Part shown: piece after piece, positions 52,704-62,891 of the stretch
Numbering within the stretch: position 1 is the stretch's first letter
Layout of the letters: each line of letters begins with the position of its first letter
Assembly (NCBI GenBank): GCA_963734545.1
Contig: CAVTHO010000006.1
Location: forward strand, 224,001 to 288,000
DNA: 64,000 nucleotides
Direction: 5' to 3'
Source of the DNA: an uncultured Spirochaetota bacterium
Lineage (GTDB): Bacteria; Spirochaetota; Spirochaetia; SZUA-6; Fen-1364
Program-made: the position numbers and the translations under genes
Notes under the pieces: generated by a model
The model's input: only the letters and a program-made list of their open reading frames with translations
Told to the model about the DNA's origin: nothing
Databases searched by the model: none

Positions 52704-53411
52704 ATGGACACGATTGCGAGCTTCCTCGGACAAACCTCCGTTGACCTGCCGGTCACTCTCTTCCGGCTCTTCATGAGCTTCATCCTCGGAGGGCTCATTG
52801 GCCTGGAAAGAGAATGGCATCGGCAATCTGCCGGGCTTCGCACCCACATCCTCATCTGCCTCGGCGCGACACTGCTGACACTGCTCTCGATCTACATCCC
52901 GCAGACGCACAGGAATTTTCAGGGTGGAGACCCGGGCAGGATCGCGGCGCAGGTGATTACGGGCATCGGCTTCCTGGGCGGCGGGGCAATCTTCCGGCTC
53001 GGGGCGAACGTGCGCGGGCTCACCACGGCGGCCTCCATCTGGATCGTGGCCGGCATCGGAATGACGGTGGGCGCCGGAATGTACGCGGCGGCCCTCGTGG
53101 GCACGGGGCTGGTGCTCTTCGCGCTGTTCTTCATGGTCCGTTTCGAGAGGAAGATGTTTCCCGCCCGATCTCTCCGCAAGCTGGAGATCGTCATGCGGGG
53201 AGAGAAAGTGAAAACGGATGGGATTTTCCCGCTCCTGAAAGAGCACAGTATCGACATCAAGTCAGTGGGTATCTCGCAGTCTTACCAGGCAAAAACGATT
53301 CACGTGAAGCTGACCGTGCAGGTGCCTGAGGGCATTGAATGGAACCGGTTCTATCGCGAGGCGGGGGAAATGGAAGGTATTTCCAAAATCACCCTGGACG
53401 AGAAGATCTAA
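52704..53411 (+). CDS. MgtC/SapB family membrane protein
   Basis: Motifs IGLERE, AGLRTH, DPGRIAAQVITGIGFLG and GLTTAASIW. Confidence 0.9.
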   Translation: MDTIASFLGQTSVDLPVTLFRLFMSFILGGLIGLEREWHRQSAGLRTHILICLGATLLTLLSIYIPQTHRNFQGGDPGRIAAQVITGIGFLGGGAIFRLGANVRGLTTAASIWIVAGIGMTVGAGMYAAALVGTGLVLFALFFMVRFERKMFPARSLRKLEIVMRGEKVKTDGIFPLLKEHSIDIKSVGISQSYQAKTIHVKLTVQVPEGIEWNRFYREAGEMEGISKITLDEKI

Positions 53412-53510
53412 ATCCGCGGACTACCGCGGCGCCATGAATCCGCGGATTACCGCGGCGCCATAAATCCGCGGACTACCGCGGCGCCATGAATCCGCGGATT
53501 ACCGCGGCGC
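53411..53510 (+). repeat. 26-bp tandem REP-like hairpin, 4 copies with alternating loops
   Basis: AATCCGCGGA(C/T)TACCGCGGCGCCAT(G/A) at 53411, 53437, 53463 and 53489. Confidence 0.93.
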
Positions 53511-54149
53511 GAATTGCGTTTTTGTGTCCACCGCTTCCCGCAGCCGCTGAAGGTATTCGCTGCGCGATATTTCCACCGCGCCCATCGAGCGCAGGTGTTC
53601 CGTCATCATCTGCACATCGAAGAGGGTGTACCCGCACTGCCGCAGCTTTTCCTCCATGGCGAACAGGGCGATCTTCGATGCATTCTCCTCTTCTGAGAAC
53701 ATCGACTCCCCGGCAAAAAAACCTCCGATGGAGACGCCATACAGACCTCCCACCAGGCGCTCCTCTCTCCAGACTTCCACCGAGTGGGCGTGTCCCAGCT
53801 CGTGCAGCCGGGTATAGGCAGTGATGAACTGACGGCTGATCCAGGTCTCCTTGCGCTTGGGGCGCGGCGCGGCGCAGCCTTCCATGACCCGGCGGAAGGC
53901 CTGATCGAAGCTGATGACAAAAGGGGACGAGCGGATGAGCTTGCGCAGGCTGCGGGAAATGTGCAGGCCTCCCATCGGGATGATGGCCCGGGGATCGGGA
54001 GACCACCAGGTAATGGGATGCGTGGTCCAGGGGAATATGCCGTTGCCGTACGCGAGAAGGAGGGTGCCGGGCTTCAGATCGCCCCCCACGGCCAGGAAGC
54101 CGTCCTCATCGCTGCTGCTCGCATGAGGGAACCTGAAGCGCGTGGTCAG
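53499..54149 (-). CDS. aat: Leucyl/phenylalanyl-tRNA--protein transferase (start uncertain)
   Basis: Motifs FPH…DGFLAVGGDL, AY..GIFPW, WWSPDPR, TWI, AHSVEVW, GGLYG and GESMFS. Homology extends upstream of the GTG at 54089 to about 54149. Confidence 0.9.
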   Translation of the reverse strand: MTTRFRFPHASSSDEDGFLAVGGDLKPGTLLLAYGNGIFPWTTHPITWWSPDPRAIIPMGGLHISRSLRKLIRSSPFVISFDQAFRRVMEGCAAPRPKRKETWISRQFITAYTRLHELGHAHSVEVWREERLVGGLYGVSIGGFFAGESMFSEEENASKIALFAMEEKLRQCGYTLFDVQMMTEHLRSMGAVEISRSEYLQRLREAVDTKTQFAPR

Positions 54150-54158
54150 CTCGTCGGC

Positions 54159-54218
54159 AGACTCGCAGAGTCCCGTTGAGACTCGCGGAGTCCCGTTGAG
54201 ACTCTTTAGAGTCCCGCT
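54159..54218. repeat. 20-bp tandem mini-hairpin repeat, 3 copies
   Basis: AGACTC-GC(A/G)-GAGTC-CCGTTG twice, plus AGACTCTTTAGAGTCCCG, which contains the aldolase stop codon. Confidence 0.8.
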
Positions 54219-55009
54219 TTTCGGATGGCATCCTCGGCGCTCATACCTTCGTGGATCACGGCCTTGAAAGCCCTCACATTGGCCGTCACGTTGTCGAAGC
54301 CCCAGATATTGCGTCCGATCGTGGCCCCTGCCGCGCCGCTCCGCACGACGTCAGCCATCATCGCGAGCGCCCCGCGCATATCATGCGCCTTTGGCCCCCC
54401 CGCGGCCACCAGCCGCACCGGGCTCTCCGCCACGATCTGCCTGTACGCAGCCACATCCCCGCAGTAGGGAACCTTGATCACGTCCACACCGAGCTCAGCC
54501 GCGCATCGCGCCGCCCAGGCAATGTCCTCCGGCGTGAAGGAGACCTGCGCGGTCCCACCGGCAAAGGTCCGGGGATAGACATGGCAGATCACGGGCATCT
54601 CGAAACGATCCGCTTCGCGCACCGCCTCTGCCACTGCCTGCATGTAGCGCCATTCGGTGGGCCCCCGCACGAAGCAAACGATGGCGAAGGCGTCCGCACC
54701 CACGCGGACCGCGTCCTCGGGAGTAGCTGCCTGTCCCATCGCGGAGTCATCGTACCTCACCAGCGAGCTCTGCAGGATCAGCGGCACAAGCCCCGCGTGA
54801 TTCTGCCAGAGGGTTTTTGCCATCCCGATCTGCATGGTGACGGCATCGGGTTTCCCTTTTACGATCGCTTTCAACGCCGTGGCCATGTCACGCAGACCTG
54901 CCGGCAGGCCATCCGGGTAGATCACGAAATGATCGACCGCCACGGAGCAGAGCCGGCCGCTTGCGTGGGCAAAAAGCCTGTTGAGGCGCACGAGCTTTCC
55001 TGTATTCAT
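54206..55009 (-). CDS. Class I aldolase (DhnA/FbaB/LsrF family)
   Basis: Motifs VAVDH, HVYPR, AAELGVDVIKVPY (Schiff-base Lys), AAGG and GATIGRNIW. Confidence 0.88.
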   Translation of the reverse strand: MNTGKLVRLNRLFAHASGRLCSVAVDHFVIYPDGLPAGLRDMATALKAIVKGKPDAVTMQIGMAKTLWQNHAGLVPLILQSSLVRYDDSAMGQAATPEDAVRVGADAFAIVCFVRGPTEWRYMQAVAEAVREADRFEMPVICHVYPRTFAGGTAQVSFTPEDIAWAARCAAELGVDVIKVPYCGDVAAYRQIVAESPVRLVAAGGPKAHDMRGALAMMADVVRSGAAGATIGRNIWGFDNVTANVRAFKAVIHEGMSAEDAIRKAGL

Positions 55010-55109
55010 ATGGCAGTCATGATAGTCCGAACAGGAGCAAGGGACAAGGACGCGCCGATTGCGACGCGCCCCCTTGCCCCGAACGGCCGCGATCGTTACG
55101 GTTTCGCAC

Positions 55110-56036
55110 ATGCCCCGCACGGCTTCGGTCTTCGCCAACGACTCCCTGCTCCTCCTCACGGCCGCGATCTGGGGGCTGGCGTTCGTGGCGCAAAGGGCCG
55201 GTATGGAGCACGTCGGGCCTTTCACCTACAATGCCCTCAGATTCGCGCTCGGCGCTCTTTCACTCGTACCGATCATCCTGATCCGCGGCGCCCCTGCCGC
55301 GCCCCCGCAGCACCCCGCGAGCGTACCTGCCCGCGCGGGGCGCGCGATCCCTGCGGGGCTGCTCGCCGGCGTGGTGCTTTTTTTCGGCGCATCCCTGCAG
55401 CAGTCGGGGATCGTGTGGACGACAGCCGGCAAGGCGGGATTCATTACAGGGCTGTATGTCGTGCTCGTCCCCCTTGCCGGACTCCTCTGGGGCCAGCGGG
55501 CAGGGGCAAGCGCGTGGGTCGGGGCGTTCCTTTGCGTTGCCGGGCTCTTCCTTCTCAGTGTGACCGACAGTCTCACGATCGAGCGCGGGGACCTCCTCGT
55601 GCTCATCAGTGCGTTCCTCTGGGCGGCGCATGTCCAGGTTCTGGGATGGCTGTCGCCGCGGGTCGACCCATTTCGCCTCTCCTGCGTCCAGTTCACCGTC
55701 TGCTCGCTGCTGTGCGCCGGCGGCGCGCTCCTCTTCGAGCGGCCTGCCCTCGACGGCATCCGTGCCGCCGCCTGGCCGATCCTCTACGGCGGGGTCGTGT
55801 CCGCCGGCATTGCCTACACTCTGCAGGTCGTAGCGCAGCGCAGCGCGCCGCCGGCGCATGCGGCGATCCTGCTCAGCCTCGAAAGCGTGTTCGCGGCAAT
55901 CGGCGGCAGCGTGGTTCTCGGCGAGCGCCTCGGGACGCGCGGGGTGAGCGGCTGTGCGATCATGTTCCTGGGCATGCTCGTATCCCAGATCCCGCTTGTC
56001 ACGGCTTCCCTGGCGCCCCGCTGGCGGCGCAGGTAG
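55110..56036 (+). CDS. DMT/EamA family transporter
   Basis: Motifs IWGLAFVAQ, LRF, AGKAGFITGLYVV and LESVFAA; ten TM segments. Confidence 0.9.
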   Translation: MPRTASVFANDSLLLLTAAIWGLAFVAQRAGMEHVGPFTYNALRFALGALSLVPIILIRGAPAAPPQHPASVPARAGRAIPAGLLAGVVLFFGASLQQSGIVWTTAGKAGFITGLYVVLVPLAGLLWGQRAGASAWVGAFLCVAGLFLLSVTDSLTIERGDLLVLISAFLWAAHVQVLGWLSPRVDPFRLSCVQFTVCSLLCAGGALLFERPALDGIRAAAWPILYGGVVSAGIAYTLQVVAQRSAPPAHAAILLSLESVFAAIGGSVVLGERLGTRGVSGCAIMFLGMLVSQIPLVTASLAPRWRRR

Positions 56037-56164
56037 GGGGGCTGCGGCAGACCAGGGGTACCGGCCGAGCTGTTGACCCCCCAGGAGCGCCGTCCCTTCC
56101 CCCCCGAACGGCGCGTCGACGCCTTGAAGAGAGCCCCCTATTGGCGCTATTTTAATGGCCAGCC

Positions 56165-57357
56165 ATGAAGAAGAAGCCTGCCACGGTGAAAAAGGCCGCC
56201 ATGAAGAAAAAGCCTGCAGCGAAGAAACGGCCGCTCCTGAAGAAAAAGCCAGTTGCAGTAAAGAAAGCCGCCGTGAAGAAGGCGCCCGTCACGGTCAAGA
56301 AGCCCGTGGCGAAGAAGGCGTCGGCAGCGAAGAAGGGGCCGGCGGCGAAGAAGGGCGGAGGCCTGCTCAGGCGAAAAGCACGTCGCAAAAGGAGCAGAAG
56401 ATCGCCCTCCTGGGCAAGGCTTCGCTCTTCAGGCAGCTCAGCCCGGAGGAGCTCGGTACCATTGCGCGATACAGCGGGTATCGGACCTGCGCCGCGGGAG
56501 AGGTGATCTTCGAGCAAGGGAGCCACCGGGAAGAGCTGTATCTCATCAAGGAAGGCACCGTGGCCATCCGCCGCCATGCGGAGGACGGCGAAGACAAGGA
56601 GATCGCGGAGTTCGTTGGGGGCGAGGTTTTCGGCGAGATGGACCTCCTGGACACGGCGCCGCGCAGCGCATCGGCAGTCGCGGAGGGTCCTGCGACACTT
56701 CTCGTGTTTCCGGACGGCCTCGAGTTCAGCGGGCTGCTTGAAAAGCACCCTGACGTGTTTGCCCGGGTACTGAGGAAGCTTCTCGGAGAGATCGCGGGAA
56801 GGATACGCGTCATCGACAAGCTGATATCCGAAAAGACCCCGTGGATCGAGGAGCTGAAAAAACAGCTTCTTCGGGATCGACTGACCGGCCTTTACAATCG
56901 GGCATTTCTCGAAGAGGAGCTTCCGGGGATCGTGGCCGCTCATCGCCGTACGAGTCTCCTCGTGGTGAAGCCGGACAATTTCAAGGTCATCAATGACACC
57001 TTCGGTCACGAGGCGGGGGACAAGACGCTGATGCTTCTTGCCGAGGCGGTCAAATCCCGGCTGAAGGACGGGGACATTGGCGCGCGCTTCCGCGGTGACG
57101 AATACTGCGTGATCCTGCCGGGTCGGAGCGCCCGGGACGCGGCGGACGCCGCCGAAGCGCTGCGCGTCGCGGTAAGGGCCATCGATCTGCGGCAGGTCAC
57201 CGGCAGCGACGCGGTCTCCCTCACGGGGAGCGTGGGCGCCTCCGCGCATCCCGCTCCCGCTTCTGATGCAAAGAGCCTCGTGGGGCGCGCATTCGAGCGG
57301 ATGTGGGAAGCGCGCAACGAGGGAGGGGACCGGGTGCGCGTGGAGGGTGACGCATGA
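56165..57357 (+). CDS. Lys/Ala-rich N-tail + cNMP-binding + degenerate GGDEF protein (probable frameshift near 56350-56365)
   Basis: MKKKPA…KK repeats in ORF 56165. cNMP motifs LF..L…IFEQG…FGEMDLLDTAPRSASA. GGDEF domain DRLTGLYNR…VKPDNFK…RFRGDEY. Confidence 0.8.
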
Positions 57358-59509
57358 AGCGGCAGTCACCGGAGCTGCTGGCAAAAGTCGGGAGTCTTCT
57401 CGCTCCTGTCCCGGGAGGAGATCGATCAGGTTGCGGCGCACCTCGCCACTGTCAATCTCACGGCCGGCCAGACCCTTTTCCACGAGGGCGACCAGGGCAA
57501 CGATCTGTACATCATTGCGGACGGCGCGGCGGCAGTGAGCATCAGGCTCCCCGACGGCGGGGACAAGGAGATCGCGCGGTTCGCCCCGGGAGATTTCTTC
57601 GGGGAGATGTCCATCTTCGACAACGCTCCCCGTTCGGCGAGCTGCCGTGCGCTGGAAAAGAGCGTCCTGTACAGCCTCTCCAAGGACGCCTTCACCGACA
57701 TCATCACCGACAACCCCGAGCTCGCCCTCAAGCTCATGTACCGCATGCTGAAGGTGACCACGCAGCGTCTGCGCGGCACGAGCGAGTTCGTCTCCGAGAT
57801 GGTGCTCTGGGGCGAAGGCGCGCGCAAGCGCGCCGTGACCGACGAGCTGACAGGGGTGTACAACAGGCGCTTTCTCGAAGACTCCCTCGGCAACTACGTG
57901 GCGGAGGCGCGGGAGAAGGGGGAGCCGCTCTCCCTCGTGATGGTCGACCTGGACCACTTCCGCCAGATCAATGAGCTGTACGGCCATCCGAAAGGGGATG
58001 CCACGGTCCGCAGCGCGGCCCAGCTTTTCCGCTCCCTCCTGCGGGAAACGGACGTGATTGCCCGCTACGGCGGGGACGAGTTCGTCATCATCATGCCGCA
58101 CACGGACCCGGCCCTCGCAACGGAGCTCATGTCCCGGGTGTGCGCGGAGGTGGCACGGCTGGAGATCCTCAAGGACATGAAGGGCGCCATCACCACGGTG
58201 ACCTCGAGCATGGGCGTGGCGGGGTTCCCCCTGCACGCGTCTGATCTCTCCGGGCTGCGCGCGGCGGCCGATGCCGCGCTCTACAGGGCCAAGGAGGAGG
58301 GAAGGAACCGCGCCGTGTGCGCGCCCCTCCCGGCGCAGGACCCGGCGGCCCGCGAAGACCGCGATCCGGAGCATCAAGGAGAAGAACACGATCATCGCCC
58401 GGATCATCGAGGCCATCGTCGAGCGGCACCATTTCCTGGTGCTCGGGCACCAGAGCCCCGATGACGACTGCATTTCCTCCATGATCTCATTCGCCCTCCT
58501 GCTCCACATGTTCTACAAGGACGTGGCCCTGTATCTCGGCCCCCAGGTGCACGAGCGTTTCAAGTACCTGCTCGACATCTGCCGCTACAACTCCATCCGG
58601 CTTCTCTCTCCCGAAGATGCTCCCGCGGCGGGAACGGACACGGTGGTGCTCTGCGACACGCCCAAGCCCTCGATGATCGAGGCGAGTCCCTCCGTGAACG
58701 CGATCCTGCACGCGCCGGGGGTGCTGCGAATCGAGATCGATCATCATCTGGGCGCGGACAGCGAGCATTTCGGCGACGAGGGCTACCGCCTCGTCACCGA
58801 GGCATCCTCCGCGAGCGAGCTGATCGGGCACATACTGTTGAAGCTCGAGGGACGCCCGGACCTGCTCGAGCGCCACCAGGTGGGGGAGCTTTTTCCCCGC
58901 AATCTCGTGCTCGCCATCCTCACCGGCATCATCGGGGACTCGAACATGGGCCAGTACCTGAAGTCCCGCAGGGAGAAGAGGTACTACCAGATCTTCTCCG
59001 GCATGTTCAATGAAATGCTCTCCCGGCGCACCACGAAGAAGACGAACTTTTCGACGATGGACCAGGTGTTCACCGAGCTGCAGAAGCTTTCCAACCGCGA
59101 GGAGGACTGCTTCAGCTACATGATGAGCCGCAAACGGCTTTCCGGCTCGCTCGCCGTCGTGGCGCTGACGCTGGAAGACATGGCGCCGCTGTTCGCCAAG
59201 TGCGACGATGACACCATCGTGTCCAGCGCGCGCGTGATTGCCGACCGTCTGGCCGAGGAGAGCGGCAAGCTCGGGCTCGTGGCCTATTTCGACAATCCCG
59301 AGCACGGGGACCTCGTGCAGTTCAGACTGCGCCGCTCCAGCAGTTGGAAGCTCTACGATCTGCGCAAGCTTCTCGAGCGCTTTTCCATTGCGAACGGGGG
59401 AGGCCACGAGGGAGCAATCGGATTCAGGGTCCCGCGCTCCGAGATCGGCGACTTTCCCGGGTACATAACGACGCTGGTAGAAGGGATCGAGGCAGCCATC
59501 AGCGAGTAG
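57354..59509 (+). CDS. Probable cNMP-binding + GGDEF + DHH/DHHA1 phosphoesterase fusion (frameshifts near 57390 and 58350)
   Basis: cNMP motif FGEMSIFDNAPRSASC. Intact GGDEF (VDLDHFR, RETDVIARYGGDEF). DHH motifs GHQSPDDDC, CDT, IDHH, GIIGDS and GGGHEGA. No plausible independent start codon for the DHH part. Confidence 0.75.
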
Positions 59510-59510
59510 G

Positions 59511-59544
59511 CGCGGCGCCACATCCGCGGACTACCGCGGCGCGC
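59511..59544 (+). repeat. REP-like hairpin, one and a half copies, same type as 53411
   Basis: CGCGGCGCCACATCCGCGGACTACCGCGGCGCG between convergent genes. Confidence 0.8.
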
Positions 59545-59556
59545 AACGGCACGCGG

Positions 59557-60802
59557 TCAGGACCGGACCCGCAGCCCGTATACATCTGCCAGCAGCCGCG
59601 TTGCCGCCTCCAGATTCGCCTCGCAGGCGGAAGGCATCGACACGAGCTTTTCCGCGGCCCCTGTATCCTTGAATCCCGTGCCTGTCAGGAGCACCACCAC
59701 CCGGGATTCCGGATCCACCTTGTGACGGTCCTTGAGGAATCCGGCCCACGCGGCCGCGGAAGAGGGCTCCACGAACAGGCCTGCCTCCCGGCAGAGCTCC
59801 GCCTGGGCGCTGCTGATCTCCGCGTCACTCACCTCCACCGCCCTGCCCCCCGTCTGCCGGAGAAAAGCAAGGGCCATGTGCCCGCTGGCCGGCCGGCACA
59901 CGGCAAGTGAATCCGCGATGGTCGAGGTACGAGGGAGAACGGTCTCGCGGGCATCCCTCCAGCTCTGCGCAAGGGCGTTGCTCCCCTCTGCCTGCACCGC
60001 GACCATGACAGGCATCCTGATCCGTGCAGCCCGCCTCCACGAGGTCTGCGAATCCCTTGCACGCGCCGGAGAATATGACTCCGTCCCCCGTTGGCACGTA
60101 CACCACATCCGGCACGCGGCACCCGAGCTGATTGTACAGCTCGAGGGAGACGGTCTTTTTTCCTTCCACGGTGAATGGGTTGTACGCGGTATTGCGGTTG
60201 ATGCCGCCGTATTCCCTCGTATAGGCCATGGACAGGGAAAAGGCGTCGTCATACGTGCCTTTCACGGGCACGACCCGGGCGCCGTAGAGAAGAGACTGCA
60301 GGAGCTTGGCGCGCGGCGCGGAGCCGGGCACGAAGAGCACCACGTCGAGGCCGAAGGCCGCGCCCGCGCCTGCCATGGAAGCGCCGGCATTGCCCGTGGA
60401 GGCGAGCGCCACGCGCTTTTCCCCGTGCACCCATGCCTGCGCTGCCACCAGGAGGGAGGCTCGATCCTTGAGGGATCCGGACGGATTCAGCGTGTCGTTC
60501 TTGAAAGAGAGGCGGGGAAACCCGGTTTTCTTCTGCAGAATTGCCGGGTATACCAGCGGGGTATTGCCTGCCGGATAGCTGGGAAGGTCACGGATGGGAA
60601 ACGGCAGGAACTGGAGCGGATCCACCGGGCTGCCCGGCGCCATCCTGGCTCCCGGGCGCCATACCACGGACAGGTATCCCCTGCTGAACCCCTCGGCCGG
60701 GCCATCCTTCTTCGCGGCGGCCGCGCACCAGGGGCATTCGTAGACGATCTCTTCCGACTCGAGCGTGCGGTGGCACGTCACGCACGCGTAGCGAATCTTC
60801 AC
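59557..60802 (-). CDS. Threonine synthase-like PLP enzyme (frameshift near 60015)
   Basis: N-terminal CxxC…CxxC. Motifs GNTPL, NPSGSLKDR, ASTGNAG, EGKKT, VPTGDG, EPSSAA and LTGTGFKD. The GTG overlaps the upstream stop. Confidence 0.85.
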
Positions 60803-62265
60803 CTTGCGGTTCCCGCCTCCCGGTTGAAGTCCTCGATCAGCTCGTCGATCCGGGGCGCCTGCTCCTGCAGCGCCGTCCAATAGCGGGCATCGGCCCACTG
60901 CGCGTTCAGCTCGTCTATCTTCTTTCCCTGCTGCTCCACCCACGTGTAGTACTTGAGATTGTGGATGCGCCTCTTCTCGGGTTGGGTGAGCTCCAGGACG
61001 TTGTCCGTGCGCTGCCCGGCAAGGCTCTCCCGATATATGCCGTTGGCCTGCGCCGCATCCAGGTCCCCGTCCTTCTTCGCGAGCTCCTGCACGCGCGAGC
61101 CGTAGAGCTCCATGGAATCCGTCAGGATGGTGACCACGACATCGTCCTCCGCGAGCTCATACCACTTGGCGAGCTTGATCGAGGCCAGGACATTCGCGAT
61201 GCCCGAGATTCCGAGCAGCGGGAGACTCTCGATGAACTTGTCCTCTGCTCCCTGGCGCGCCAGAAGCGCCTTTCCCGGTTTCTCGTTGAACAGCCGCAGG
61301 AGTCCCATGCAGTCCCGGTCATCCACGGCGATCACCGCGTCCGTGTTTCTGACGTTGTGGATCCAGGGCACGTGCTTGTCCCCGATTCCTTCGATCCGGT
61401 GCGCGCCGAAGCCGTTGCAGAGCAGCGTGGGGCACTGCAGCGCCTCGGCCGCGGCGATCTTCATCCCGGGGTGTTTCTTCTTGAGGAAATCCCCGGCCGC
61501 GATCGTTCCGGCAGACCCGGTGGAAGACACAAAGCCCTTGAGCGCGCCCTTGCCGCCCAGCACCTCCTGGAACACCCTGTCCACGGCCGCACCGGTCACC
61601 TCGTAGTGCCAGAGATAGTTTCCGAACTCTTCGAACTGGTTGAAGATCACGATATCGTCACCCCGGTCCCGGGCAAGCTCGTGGCACTTGTCGAAGATCT
61701 CCTTCACGTTGCTCTCGCTTCCCGGCGTGGTGATGACTTCCCCCGCGATCTTCGAGAGCCATTCGAATCTTTCCCTGCTCATTCCCTCGGGGAGTATGGC
61801 GATGGATTGGCAGCCCAGCAGGGCTGAATTGAAGGCGCCTCCCCGGCAGTAGTTGCCCGTGGAAGGCCAGGCAGCCTTCTGCCGGGTCGAGTCAAATGCG
61901 CCTGTCACCAGCGCCGGCGCCAGGCATCCATAGGTGGCGCCCACCTTGTGGGCGCCGGTCGGAAACCATTTTCCCACCAGCGCCACGATCCTGGCCGGTA
62001 TGCCGGTCAGCGCACGGGGTATCTCCAGGTAGTTGACCTCACCGAACAGCCCGCCGCTGGCCTGCGGCTGGTTCCGCCACGTGATGCGCTGAAGATTCAG
62101 CGGGTTCACATCCCAGAGACCCACTTTCCGCAGCGCTTCCTGGAGACTGCGCGAAACCCGGCCCGGCTCTTTCATCCCGGCGAACGTGGGCAGCACGATC
62201 CCTCTCTCCCTGCAGCGCTGGATGTTGCGCGCCCGGATATCCTTGTTGACGGTGAGGCTGATCAT
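60799..62265 (-). CDS. Fold-type II PLP-dependent enzyme (cysteine synthase/TrpB-beta-like, uncharacterised family)
   Basis: Motifs FPTGAHKVGA (PLP Lys), PSTGNY, NQF, STGSAGT and IEGIG. Confidence 0.82.
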   Translation of the reverse strand: MISLTVNKDIRARNIQRCRERGIVLPTFAGMKEPGRVSRSLQEALRKVGLWDVNPLNLQRITWRNQPQASGGLFGEVNYLEIPRALTGIPARIVALVGKWFPTGAHKVGATYGCLAPALVTGAFDSTRQKAAWPSTGNYCRGGAFNSALLGCQSIAILPEGMSRERFEWLSKIAGEVITTPGSESNVKEIFDKCHELARDRGDDIVIFNQFEEFGNYLWHYEVTGAAVDRVFQEVLGGKGALKGFVSSTGSAGTIAAGDFLKKKHPGMKIAAAEALQCPTLLCNGFGAHRIEGIGDKHVPWIHNVRNTDAVIAVDDRDCMGLLRLFNEKPGKALLARQGAEDKFIESLPLLGISGIANVLASIKLAKWYELAEDDVVVTILTDSMELYGSRVQELAKKDGDLDAAQANGIYRESLAGQRTDNVLELTQPEKRRIHNLKYYTWVEQQGKKIDELNAQWADARYWTALQEQAPRIDELIEDFNREAGTAR

Positions 62266-62355
62266 GTATCGATGGAATCCCGGGCAGAGCCGGATGTCAA
62301 GATTGCCGCCCGGGACGACTCCAGGAGACCATTGCTTCGCTGCGGCGGTCGGTGG

Positions 62356-62820
62356 CTATTTCACCCCGTACACTGCCACGCGTGCTTTACCCTCCTGCCA
62401 TGTGCCCACGGTCTTGTACGTGAACTGGATGGACCTGATTTTGCGCTCTCGTCCGTTCAGGTCGATCAGCCGGGATCGCGAGCCTTCATTGAATACAAGC
62501 CGCGTGTTCACTACCTGCTTTTCGCCATTCCCGAAGTCGATCACAAGGTTGAAGAGCTCGATGTCGTTCTTCTCTACGACGAAGTAGAGAGCCCTGAAAG
62601 ATCCCTCGTGGTTGCGGACGGCGATCGTGTCGTGATCGACTCTGTAGTCCACCTCCTGCTCCCCCAGCATGACAGAATCCCTTGGGGGTGCAGGCCTTTC
62701 CGAGCGGGGCGGCCTGTCCGAATGGCCGCTCCTATCCGAAGAGGCGGTAACGACCCAGGGTGCGCCCGCACATGCCGCTACCGACAGCGCAACGGCTGCA
62801 AGAAAAAGGATTTTTCTCAT
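62356..62820 (-). CDS. Small lipoprotein, DUF2541/YaaI-like (paralog 1)
   Basis: Lipobox VAAC, a Pro-rich linker, and a C-terminal domain very similar to the next gene. Confidence 0.75.
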   Translation of the reverse strand: MRKILFLAAVALSVAACAGAPWVVTASSDRSGHSDRPPRSERPAPPRDSVMLGEQEVDYRVDHDTIAVRNHEGSFRALYFVVEKNDIELFNLVIDFGNGEKQVVNTRLVFNEGSRSRLIDLNGRERKIRSIQFTYKTVGTWQEGKARVAVYGVK

Positions 62821-62891
62821 ATGTCCTCCGGGACAAGAATAAGAAAAGCGGGCCTCACCGTCTGTGCGCCAGCGCACGCGCTGGCGGCCGG

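Noticed and set aside
53411-53510. CRISPR array (also considered for 24866-24936, 15438-15540 and 30236-30323)
   Set aside because: The units are directly tandem with no unique spacers, and there are no cas genes in the window.
56152-58509. 785-aa minus-strand ORF and other long antisense ORFs (6986-8854, 8749-10644, 18156-19706, 54251-56155)
   Set aside because: Shadow ORFs typical of high-GC coding DNA, with no recognisable motifs and opposite well-supported genes.
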